Below, one piece after another: positions 34,462-45,102 of a stretch of DNA of 64,000 nucleotides. Source of the stretch: Blastocladiella emersonii ATCC 22665. Taxonomy: Eukaryota; Fungi; Blastocladiomycota. The stretch lies in the NCBI GenBank assembly GCA_025594325.1, contig JANHCV010000012.1, forward strand, positions 1,116,001 through 1,180,000, written 5' to 3'. The notes beneath the pieces were generated by a model. That model was not told the origin of the DNA. It made no database searches and worked only from the letters and a program-made list of their open reading frames with translations. Position numbers and translations under genes: made by a program. Positions within the stretch are counted from its first letter, which is position 1, and each line of letters begins with the position of its first letter.

Positions 34462-37400
34462 ATGGAGACTAAATGCAACGGACCCGGCAACTTGCTGACT
34501 ATAACGCCCACGAGCGCGACCTGGCTTGGAACGGGCCCGACTTTGCGGCCTTACGGCGAGGCCCGGCCCATGAACTTGCTTCGTTACCACGCCGTTGAGA
34601 GTCACAACACCCATAGCGTGCTCCTGTGCGAGGGTCGTGACCTGCGCAACGTCGGATGCACGCTACGTTGCGCTGAGCAGAGCGGCACCACGCAGCGCAT
34701 CGATTTCCACTTCCACGACTCGCAGCCCGAAGTCATTGCCCGCTGTCTCATGACCTTGCATGCGCTCCGGACCCGCGGCGGCGACCTAGCCGAGACCAAG
34801 CTTGCGACTTACGTCGCGCAGCTCACCTACTCGCAGGAGCTCGAGCCGCGTGTTGCCTCGTTCTGGGACACGGTTATGCTCCCATGCCTCGAACACGACT
34901 GGTTCGGTGCGACTGCTACCGTGCGTGTCCGCGACGAGAGCACACTTGAGCAGGTCCAGCGGTGCTGGCGCGCGTGGCTTGCCGTTGACTGGACGACCGC
35001 CGAGCTTGACAAGCATCGCGCCAAGGCGACGCCCGACTATTCCGTCGTGGATCTGGACGGGCACGACAATCATGCCGAGTATGCGCGCATCCACGAGCTT
35101 CGCAACCGGTACGGCGACGGGATGCCACGGACCTCACTCGCGCGGCTGACGTGCGCCGCGGGTCGATTCGCCCAAACCAAGGTTTGCTTTCTTGCGTCGA
35201 GCTCAACGCTCGAGGTCGATGAGCGGTGCGTGAACCCGACCATGCTCCACGTGCGCCACGACGAGTCCGTCGTATACATGGTCGCCCCCGATTTGCGTCC
35301 TTTTCGCGCCTTCTCGGTCGACTTTGATGGCGCGACGCGCGACTCGAGCATGCTAATCGAGATCCAGGACTGGCTTGGCGCGATTCGCCGCTGTTTGTGC
35401 ACTCGGCCAAATTCGACTAGCTTCACTTCCGGTTTGCCGCCCGGTTCCGTCCTGTCCACCATTACGTTCGGGTGCCGCAACGCCATGGAGTACCTCGAGG
35501 AGCTGATCGCCGACGTGGACTGTCGATTTGATGCCATCGATGCGACCGCGCTCGTCAACGACCACGGCTTGCTCAACACGTTGATCAACGGGTCCCCGCT
35601 GCTCAATGATCGCACGTACCGTAATCGCTCGCTACTCTTCACCGCTTGCCAGACCGAACACACCCGCAACCACCAAGACTACTTGCACTTCGCGACCGCG
35701 CTTCCTCTGGACCTGTTTCCGACGTTATTTGGCGTGGGCCTCGTCGAGTTTCTCAACGACCAGCACTGGACAAACTGGGTTCAACCGTTCATGTGGTCGC
35801 TAACGCATCAGCACCTGCTTGACGATCCGGGAGCCCAAGACCGGTCTGGTTTATTCAACCGGCACTTCACTTACACTTTCTACAAGCTGGAGGCGCCGGG
35901 TGCACCGGTTCAGCTCTCTGCTTCGCCTTACGTGCTCGACAGCCTCAAATTATGCGTCAAGGCGCTGCTTCTCGAGCGCAGCGCCATGGTCCAGCAACCT
36001 GGTACGCCATCCCATGATTCGCTGGCGTGGACCAGTTAACTGACCCCTTTACACTTTCGCATGTAGCTTGCGTCTTTACTACTGCCGCCTTCTTCCCGAA
36101 GCTCCTTGCCTTTGCTTTCGCGGCCGGTCGCTTGACGTGGTCAAGTTCTGCAGCGTACACCTCGCTCCCGTGGCCGGCGATGCCCGACCTCTGGCGTGAC
36201 ATCGAATCTTCTGTCTCCAAGACGCGGCTTCCCGAGCTCATCGCCCAGGCGCAGCTTTACGGCTTCCCGATCGAGCACGAGCTTGCTGACCCGTCCTCCG
36301 TGTGCCGCCTCGAGTGCGATTCCTGATTCTTGGAATGGTTTCCTCGGGGCGGGGCCGTGCTCGCGATCGCAGACGAGGTTCGTGCAGTTCGCTTTGACTC
36401 GTTGCACGTTGGGCGTCCAGCAAACGGGACTTTGGTCGCGGCGACCGCGTACGCGCCATGGAACTTCATTAAACGACCGCACGCACCGCACCGCGTCGAT
36501 CTTCAGGGTGCCGTGATCCCGGACTTTGATTTCGACAATGAGCAACAGCCCAACAGTGCCTCGTTCGCGCAATACTTGGCCACGAAGTCTCATATCTTGC
36601 CCGTTTCGCGCATGAATCCGACGCCCGTCCCCGTCTTTTCGCAGCGCGGTGCGATTGACGGGATTCTCGCTTTGGCGCATGAACGACGGCGTTTTCAGAG
36701 CCCGTTGTTGGTCCCCGTGCTGAGCCTGGTCGAGCACGCGTCGAGTGCCGTGCTTGTCCTTGATGTGTCCGGCCCAGATCCTCCAACCGTCGAGTACGAT
36801 ATTAGTCGAGATCTCTTCCGCCATAACAATATCGGTGGGTCCATTGTGCTTCGCGTCAACAACTCTAGGCGGATGCTGATGCTTCCGTTTCTCGCGTACC
36901 CGAAGCGCGTGGAGAGGGACGACGAAAAGCTTACCGCGACGGTCCATCTCACCAAGCTTCCATCGCTTGTCGACTGGTTTGTGTTCAACAAGCCCATTCT
37001 TCCGCGCTCTCACTTTTGGCCGGCCGCACCACTCTGGCGCGGTCAGCGGTCCATCTTGACCGCCATGACCCTTCTGACGCGCTACGGATGCCAGAACGAA
37101 AACATTTCGGTCCCTGATTGTTGCTGCCGATCTGCCAACATCGACTTTGCCATGACCCCGGGCATGGCGCACAAGCTTTCGATGGCATTGTGCCTTCTCT
37201 TCCTGAACCACGCTCTCGGGCACCGTGTGCTTGTTTATACCAGCTCTCACAGCCCCAAGGACCCGGTCATGGTGCTGGTGACGGGCGAGGCCTACCTCGT
37301 GGCGCCAGAGTACAACGAGCAGGAGCCGACGCCTGCGTTCCGATGCAGCGTGGTGTCGCCCTTGGCTACTTATGGGAAATCCGACGTGGTCGAGGTGATT

Positions 37401-37649
37401 GCTTCTATGAAGTCGGAGGCTCCAGAACTCGCAATCCACGCGAGCGTCATGGATAGCTCAGTGACCAGCATCTTTGCGGAGTACCTCAAGTTTTCCGCTC
37501 GTCCCACCCCTGGCGACGAGCCGGCCGCGCTGCTTGCATCCGCGGGCGACAATGTTCTGCACGCGGAGCTGCTCCCGCTGTTCCCTGTCACGGGCTCTTG
37601 GAAGCAGACCTGCTACGTGTGTTCGCCGCCGCGATCGTTTGAGCCGTGA
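34462..37649 (+). pseudogene. DUF4470-type protein (usually MYND-associated) with one in-frame TGA
   Basis: N-terminal PYGEARPMNLL...GRDLRNV...FHDSQPEVIARC resembles DUF4470. Intron 36002-36066 is in frame, followed by a single TGA at 36324-36326. It ends in CYVC with no complete MYND finger. Confidence 0.6.
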
Positions 37650-37911
37650 ACGCTTGAGTGAGATCGTAATTCACTAGATATATTCTAATTTTATTGTCCA
37701 ACATTGCACAAAAGGCTCGGATGTCGAGTGTATACGCGAACGCGACTGGCGCGAGACATCGTGAGACGCGACGAACAATCATGTGATGTGGCGCAACGCT
37801 CAATCGAGCGACTTTCCGTCCGAGCCGACATGCTCTGGCGAGCTGCCCAACAGTTGCATGTTGTGATGCCGAGACATTCAAATGCATTCGTTTGTCATCT
37901 ACAGCTGCCGC

Positions 37912-38097
37912 TCACTTCTGCCGCGACGCCGAATTCTCCGTTCCCGCCTCTGCCGCGCCCGCCTTATCGGCGCGGTACTCTGGGTCCTGCGCCGCGAACT
38001 GCTCGATGGCCTCGAGCTCCATGCGGCGCACGACCTGCGGGATGACGTTCCGCGCGTCCTTACCAGATGCGCTCCTTCCAAGTCCCAGGCTCTCGCT
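37912..38097 (-). pseudogene. Orphan terminal-exon-like coding fragment (SESLGLGRSASGKDARNVIPQVVRRMELEAIEQF...RQK*)
   Basis: 62 codons with very high GC3, preceded by a TTTCGTAG acceptor-like site. No upstream exon identified. Confidence 0.35.
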
Positions 38098-38121
38098 CTA
38101 CGAAAGTAATACCCAGCAATC

Positions 38122-38821
38122 ATGTCAAGTTCGAACGCAAACCGCATGCAACAGTTGGAGGAGCGCCTTGCACGGCTCGATGAGCGAACGACGAGTTATG
38201 GAAAGAGCCTCAACCGATGCTCGTCGCAAGTAGAGCACCTGGTTCACACCGTAGCCCGTCTCCGCCGTATATCGCGGAAACAGGCCGTTGTTATGGACGC
38301 ACTCGAGCCGCTCATGCATTCTGACCCAAAGTTGACCGTCCTGCGCCATCTGGTCGACGCAGTCAAGTCTGATTCCGCTTGGGACGCGATTGAGGCGGAA
38401 ATAGACGCTGAAGATGCGCGTAACCAGCACAATCACTGTCGTGCTCGTTGGGCCTGACAGCGATGACCGATTGGGTACGGAACATCCAAAACAGTCTCAA
38501 ACTTGCTCGCTCGTGCTCACGCTCCCATCGCACACTTCTAAGAGCTTCATGTCGGCCCGAATATCCATTTCTCTAAGCTCGCAGCACTAGCATACGAGCG
38601 TCTCAGCGTGGGGCCCAGCGAAGTAAGGTTCATTTCACCTGACGGCGATTCGCTTCGCGACTACAACGGGGCATCGCTGGAACAGGTACGTTCGGAGACC
38701 ACGCTTTTCCTCGCTCAGGTCTGACGCAAACTTCGGTCGCCTTCGTGCGTAGCTTGACATCCATCACATGGACGTAATCATGCTCAATCACATACAGAGC
38801 GGCGGTTCCCCTTCCAGCTGA
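38122..38821 (+). pseudogene. Coiled-coil-SUMO-like fusion, copy E3 (frameshift near 38428; ...NHIQSGG-SPSS*)
   Basis: Introns 38475-38542 and 38686-38752 are at the same positions as in E1/E2. UBL segment ELHVGPNIHFSKLAALAYERLSVGPSEVRFISPDG...LDIHHMDVIMLNHIQSGG. Confidence 0.7.
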
Positions 38822-38933
38822 GCTGGGGAGTTCGCGCTGATGAAACGTGAGGAGATGGACACCATTGATTGTGACGGGCATAGAAAAGATTCATAATCAA
38901 TTTCTCATCATGGCTTGTAACCCTTCTACGCGC

Positions 38934-40220
38934 TCATGCGGCGTCGGGAAAGCTGGCCTTATGCTCGACCACCTGATCACGGACGGCCGTGTATAGCTCC
39001 ACAAGCGGCCGAACCTTCATGAGGTCCTCGGCAGACATGAGGTGCCGCTCGGCGTTCCACTTTGCGTGCGAACGGTACGCCTCGCATCCGGAACAAGTAC
39101 ATTCGAAGGCCTTGGTCGCCTCGAGATCAAACTTGGCCTGGAGGAACGCGACCTGGAACCCAAGGTGTCGCTCCAAGTCAAGGGCTGCCGCGAGCTCCTC
39201 GTACTCGTCTGCAGAGACGTAGTGGAACCAGTAGCCGTGGTTCACAAAGTCCTTGTCAGGGTACCCGACGTGGTGGCCCCACGAACGCAGTGGGCCGAGC
39301 GTCGACTCCGCGGCGGCGCGAGACGGATACAGCGCGAGGCACTCGGATGGGGAAGTCGTGCGCGTGGAGGGCGCGTGGTACACGGCGATCGGCCTGTGCA
39401 GGTCGGGCTCGCGAGGAAGCAGCGGGACGCGGCAAGCCAAGTACAGGTCTCGGTCAACAATCGCGGACTTGAGCGCCGCGTCGGGCCCGAGCAGCTCGTC
39501 AATCTTCGCGACAAAGTTGCTGCGGTGCACGCGGCGGACTTGAGCGACCAACTCCTCGAACGTAAGCCGATGCGCCATGCGACAGCAGTCGAAGCAAGCG
39601 ACTTGCGACTCCTTGAAATCTTGCTTCAGGTGCGGTTTGAGGTGGCCGACGGTCGTCTGGCCAAAAACGGCCGCGCCGCCGTACGTTTCGAAAACCTCGG
39701 CAGCAACTCGCGGAAACATATCGCAAATGAAGCACCGAAGCGGAGCTTCGCGCGGGCTCAGGTGCGCGTTCGTGATAGCCGCGAGCTCGAGCGGGCGCGC
39801 GCCTGCCGAGTAACGCTTGGCATGGTCGGCGGCGGACGGAAGCGGCACGTCGTCCCTGCACCGCGAAAACGTGAAACGGTTGAAGATGGACTTTAACTTC
39901 GAGTCAAAAGCGAGGAGCGGCAGGTTCGCCATCATGCGGCGGCACCACTCGCAGCAGGGCAGGGCGTTGTGGCACGACAGGGCCGAGCAGCTCCAAGGGC
40001 GGTTGATGCCATGCGAGGCGCCCGCGGGCGGTGGCTGGAGGCAGTAGATGCACAGGGCGCCATAATAACGAGCAAGAAACGGGAGATCGCTCAGGACGAC
40101 GCGCGAGTCGAACGCGTCTGCGACGACGCGGCGCAGCCACGCGGCGACGACCGAGTCCTGGACAGGCGCCAACGCGGCATCGAGTTCATCGGCGGATACT
40201 TTGCAGCGAGTTTGATCCAT
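38934..40220 (-). CDS. Intronless 428-aa protein with two degenerate HNH-like zinc modules and a NUMOD1-like DNA-binding motif
   Basis: Module 1 (aa 57-112): CIYC...GINR...NALPCCEWCRRMM...F. Module 2 (aa 163-231): CFIC...TVGHLKP...VACFDCCRM...TFEEL. Residues 275-334: RPIAVYH...ALYPSRAAAESTLG...GYWFHY. Confidence 0.65.
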   Translation of the reverse strand: MDQTRCKVSADELDAALAPVQDSVVAAWLRRVVADAFDSRVVLSDLPFLARYYGALCIYCLQPPPAGASHGINRPWSCSALSCHNALPCCEWCRRMMANLPLLAFDSKLKSIFNRFTFSRCRDDVPLPSAADHAKRYSAGARPLELAAITNAHLSPREAPLRCFICDMFPRVAAEVFETYGGAAVFGQTTVGHLKPHLKQDFKESQVACFDCCRMAHRLTFEELVAQVRRVHRSNFVAKIDELLGPDAALKSAIVDRDLYLACRVPLLPREPDLHRPIAVYHAPSTRTTSPSECLALYPSRAAAESTLGPLRSWGHHVGYPDKDFVNHGYWFHYVSADEYEELAAALDLERHLGFQVAFLQAKFDLEATKAFECTCSGCEAYRSHAKWNAERHLMSAEDLMKVRPLVELYTAVRDQVVEHKASFPDAA

Positions 40221-41039
40221 GGTCGGGTGTTGGTGTCGTTACATTCGCATGGATGTGAGAGAAGGGAGCGAGGAGTCACGCCGCAACAGCGACTTTTGAC
40301 CGACGCGAGCGCTCGTGTGGTTCGCTTCCGCGCGTGTCTCCCTCAACCCTCGCTCTCGCCCCTTCTTAACCCCATAGATGACGACGCATGAAACTCTAGC
40401 ATGACTTGATGCATTTGAATGAACGGCCACTCCAAGTCGCTGCTCTGTGCGCTTGGGCTCCGTTGCGAGACTCGAGCACGGTGGCGGAACTGCGCAACCC
40501 AACGGCGGCAACGCCGCCCCGGAACGGTCGCTGGACGCACGCCGGGTCGCTGCCTCAGAATTGCATGCTCGGGAAACAGCAGGATCTGCGTCTACAACCC
40601 GAGTATCCGGAATGTGGACTGGGTTGGAGGCGACGAGGCTGGGAAGACGTGAGCGAGAATGGTGCACTGGTACGCTCTCCTCTGCTGCGCGAGTCCCTGT
40701 ACCCGTCTCCTTTGTCTTTCGTAACCGAGTTTTGTTCACCAACGCCCTGCCCGCAATGAAATTATCGTCAGTGCCATCAACTAGACGCATGGAGGCTGCG
40801 CAACTGCGGCATCCCCACAGATCCATCGGCACATTCGACTTGGTGGCTCGCGAAATTTGTGCGGAAGCTCGTGCCAGTGAACGGCGAGATGCACAATTTC
40901 GCGATCCACGCTCGCTGCGCGGCACTTTGCTCCTTTGTCACTGTCACCGCGGCTGCTTCAATCAAAAACGGCTCTCAACCTGAAAATCGCGTTTTCTCGT
41001 GGATTACTACCTCGTCCGCGCACGACGGTTCTCTCGACT

Positions 41040-41200
41040 CGATCCAGTACCTGCAACCTTGCTTTTTCTCCTCGTGCGCGCGTAGTGAAAAGCTGCGCTA
41101 CGCGCGCACGGGGAAAAAGTTTACTCGCACGAGTGCTGGATCGGGTTCTGCCCTGTTCATGTCCTGGCGCATGCTGCCGTCCGCGAATAGATCCTGGTTG
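41040..41200 (-). repeat. Copy 1 of three degenerate paralogous segments (others about 42240-42400 and 43370-43540)
   Basis: Shared core TTTCYCCTYSTGCGCGCG-(C/T)..TGA..AG..GCGC..CGCGC.CA.G..G.AAA. The minus strand reads NFFPVRA*RSFSLRAHEEK. Confidence 0.55.
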
Positions 41201-42239
41201 ATTGCCTTCTCGAAGCGCGATACTGGTTGACAGGCGAAAGCGTTATGGCAGCCGTGGACGCCGTTATGTGTATGGTTGGCCAGCCGTAAGCGTAGGCTAC
41301 CGATGACGTTCGCGTCGCGTACTGACGCAGTCGCTCTGATCGGTTCATAGAGCAGGTGCATGGAGCGTCGCGTCACACTGTTGTTGAGTCGCGCCCTCGA
41401 TCGGGAACGTGCATGGTGCGCTGATCCAGATCCAAGAGTGCGCTCACGACGATTAAGTAGTGCGGGCGACGAGGCTTGCGGCGGCGAGGGTGAGGCACGA
41501 GGAGGAAGCGACATCACTCGACCGACGCGTCGCGCCACCCAGCCGCAAGTCGCGCCGCCAGCCCACCCGCCGCGGCTCAGCGCGACCTCCTCTCGCTCCC
41601 CCACGCCACCATCGCACTCCACCTCATGGGCTCTAGGTAGATGCAACGGATGAATCCGTGCTGCTCGAGCACAGCCCGACCGCCCCCACCCTCAACCATG
41701 CACCTAGCGCTCTTGGGGTGGTCACGCGCGGCTTTCTTGCTCTAAACTTGCTCCGCCAACGCGGCGGAACCGCTCCGTTTCAGATGCCAGTATACGCCAG
41801 GCAATGCTCTCACCAAGTTCAGCGGTACGATCCGTGACAACCATTGCCGACGATGCCGATGTGCTAAGCTCCGTTGCGCCCACAGTTTCAAGTGATGTTG
41901 AGAGCTCCGCGAGTTCGCACCAAGAAAAGCTTCTCGGCGTAACTCGGGGCCCACAAACCCCCATGTGCGTATTGGAACACAACCTGGTGCTCGTATGGGG
42001 ACGGCAAAGGCTGACGCAGTTTGGCGCACTACAGTCCGATCGAGCGCAACCGTGGGTTCTCGCCCGCTGCCAACGAGGGCAATAATGGAACCACGTTTGA
42101 GTCGCACGAGGCCCTGCGCGTGCCATCGCTCGATTCGGCGCTGGGTACTTGAATGTTGCGGCCGACTCGCTGTGGACCGCGGCCGCACGCTTTGAAACGC
42201 CTTAACCTTGCACAAAGCAATCAATCCTCGTCCTTGCAG

Positions 42240-42400
42240 CTCGTCGTGCAGCCTCGGCATCGCTCTTTCCCCTTCTGCGCGCGCTGTGAAAAGTCGCGCA
42301 CCGCGCACAGGCGGGGAAAGCTCGTTCTTGTGTGGTTGCCTGACGAGCATGACTGGACCAGGTCTGTAATACTCTTGGTTGAAGTAAATAGAGTTCCTCG
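42240..42400 (-). repeat. Copy 2 of the three degenerate paralogous segments
   Basis: Minus-strand translation PHKNELSPPVRGARLFTARAEGERAMPRLHDELQGRGL aligns with copies 1 and 3. Confidence 0.55.
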
Positions 42401-43369
42401 ATTGCACCTTTAATACACTTCTGACGCTTGGCCTCGTACGGGGTGACTCGGCGGTGTGGCGCAACGCGGTCACGTTCCTGAAACGCGTCAGTCATCGCGT
42501 TATCAACTGACGACGAGCTGTTCGCTGCATGGAAAGAAGGTCGGAGGTCACGCGTGCGATCAGCACGCTTCATATCAGTAATAGCTCTGTAGCTCGAGCT
42601 CATCACGCTCGCATCACACACGCGCGCCCTCACGGCGCTAGTTTGGACATGCGAGGTCAGCGGCTTCAGCCTCTCCACGTCGACTTAAGCAGGTCGCAGG
42701 AGGTGCTGAAGCAATCTGGCTCTGTAGGCAGCTCGTGACTTCCGCGTGTGTCTCGCAGCGAGCGCGAGACAATCTGTGACGCTTGCCGCACGGAGCACCA
42801 GCGTGATCGATTCCCACGAGCTGGGCGCTCAGGGGGAGTTCGCTCGCGCAGGACGGGCGCCCAAGTGACGGTCCAGCCTCTCTTCCTTTCCCTCTCCCAA
42901 GACCTGTCCTCTTCGTGGGCGCGGCCGCCGCGACTTGATGCAACGCTTCTGCCGTGGCGCGCCATGCCCACCAAGTCCCTCACTAAACCGATGCAACGAC
43001 AACGTCGCGCCGTGGCCCAACACCAAGCTCGCCGCGAGCCAGTTGAACTGCAAGACGCAGGGAAACCGGTTGGGGTAGAAGACCAATGTTTATGACCAAG
43101 GTCGGCGTGGCATCTTTCGGCTGGAATCCACGTCTCTCGCGTCCCTGAACCCGGCATCCGCTGCTGCACAAGTTCTCCTGGCATACCCGCACATGTTCGG
43201 CTCATTCATCAGCGAGGTCCTCATGTCGTCAATGCCCGTCGTCGCATTCGCAGCGCGTTGTCCAAGCGCTCGCTGGCGCCGGAGACTAGCGGTTCATCTT
43301 CAAGTCAGCCTGTCCGCGAGGCGACGTGATCAAGCTCAACACCCCGCGCCAGACCGTGTCAGTCGAGCT

Positions 43370-43540
43370 CGTGCCAGCAGCCGCGATCCCGCCCTTTCTC
43401 CTCGTGCGCGCGCTGTGAGAGAAGCCGCGCACCGCGCGCAGGAGGGAAAAGCTCGCTTTCGTGTGGCCGCTCGCTCGAGTTCCACGGGCGCGTTTTGGCG
43501 CGGTGGACCCTCAAGTTTGTTTTCGCGCGCAAATAGATCC
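43370..43540 (-). repeat. Copy 3 of the three degenerate paralogous segments
   Basis: Minus-strand translation PHESELFPPARGARLLSQRAHEEKGRDRGCWHELD*HGL. Confidence 0.55.
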
Positions 43541-43621
43541 TGAACCCGTTGTTGTTGTTGCACGTCATGTGAGCGCGAGAGTGAAGTATATACGTACACG
43601 CGAAAGTGAGCCGCCGCACCG

Positions 43622-44654
43622 CTACTCCTGTGCCTCCTCGGCCGCCTTCCCGCCGGTGCGCGCGAGCATGCCCGTGTACACGGTGACGGCGCGCATGGTC
43701 TTGTACGTGTACATTTCCTCGACCTCGACGTCGAGCCCGCGGGCGACGAGCGACTGGATGCTCGCGTCGTCGAGGTTGCGCGGCAGGAAGATGGCCAGGT
43801 TCTGCGTCTTGGCCAGGCACAGGTCGAGGAGCCGGTTCCTTTTGCACGCGGAGTTCGTGAGTCGGCGTCCGAGCGAGTGCAAAGACAAAATGTACCAATC
43901 GAGCGGGATGTTGTCGAGCGAGAACGTCGGCTGGTTGAGGTACTCGGGCCCGCCCCACGGTGGGCTCAGGAAGATGACGTCGGGCTGGGCGTTGGTGCGC
44001 TCGAGCCACTGGATCGCGTCGGCGAGCACGAGCTCGACGCGGTTGTCGACGCCGTACACGGTCGCGTTGTGCTGCGCGCACGCGAGGCGCACCGGGTCGA
44101 TCTCGATGCCGATCACTACGTATTGGGGACGGAGTTCAGCGATGCGGCGGGAAACCGACACGAGCGAGTGAAGCGTACCCTGCTCGCACGTCTCGGCAAA
44201 CTGGATCACGTTGCCGCCGACGCCAGCAAAAAGATCGACGATCAGGTCCGACTGGCAGCGGTCGGCGAGGTGCTTGGCAATCGACTCGGGCGTGACCGAG
44301 AACCACCCGACTACGTAACGACGCGCGTCATCAGCCTCCCCGATCTCTAGACACCCCCAAGCAGATGCTCGTACCCTCATCCATCCGGATCTCCTCGTCG
44401 TAGCGCGAGAAGAGCTGCTTCCGGCGGACCCAGTACTTGCGGACGCGCTGGGGGATCGAGTCGTTGGTCGACAGGGGCGGAAGTAGGGCGGAAAACGACG
44501 CGATAGGGGGCGTCGTTGCCCTGGACTTAAAGGTGGCAGCAGCCTGCTTGCCCGCGCGCGGGCCCTGGACCGTCGTGAGTGCGTCCTTGGGAGCGCCGCC
44601 GCGCGTCCCGCGCCGCGTCCGCTTGCGCTTCTGTTGCTGCGTGTCTGGCTTCAT
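43622..44654 (-). CDS. TGS1: Trimethylguanosine synthase (RNA cap hypermethylase), 282 aa
   Basis: Exons 44654-44375, 44310-44179, 44115-43896 and 43838-43622 (849 nt, in frame). Motifs KYW.RR..LFSRYD, GWFSVTPE.IA, VDLFAGVGGN.IQFA, DVIFLSPPWGGP.Y and FLPRN. Confidence 0.93.
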
Positions 44655-45102
44655 GGTATCGTTACGTCGCGAATGTTGTGGGACGGGAGTTGGACGCGTG
44701 GTTTGCTGCTGGACGCGTCGCCGACAGCTTCGCGTGAGTGCGTCGGCATCAGCTGGGGTCAGGTGACCGGGCGCCACTGCCTCCAAAGGCATTCCGTGAT
44801 CGGACGCTGATCTCCGCAGCCGGTCGAATCTGGTGCCCTGGCCGCGAATATCAATTCGCTCTCACCAAATGGTGCGCATGGCCCATACAAACTATTTGCG
44901 CCGTTCAGAAGCACTAATCGCCGCCCGCTACATGCAGGATTCGGGGCGGAAGCTTACGGCTGCGAGCTCGGCCGCCGACCACGACGCCACACGGCAACCG
45001 TTGACCAACCCCTTCTCCCCGCACCGCCGAATTCGGCAAGTCTCTATCCCGCCCTCGCTCGCTCGTCGCGCCACCATACATACCCCTGGCATCCGAGGCC
45101 CG

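Noticed and set aside
10340-36326. Alternative genetic code (TGA or TAG = Trp)
   Set aside because: TGA and TAG serve as normal terminal stops in clearly conserved genes here (RBR, class C receptor, TGS1), and TGG is used freely for Trp.
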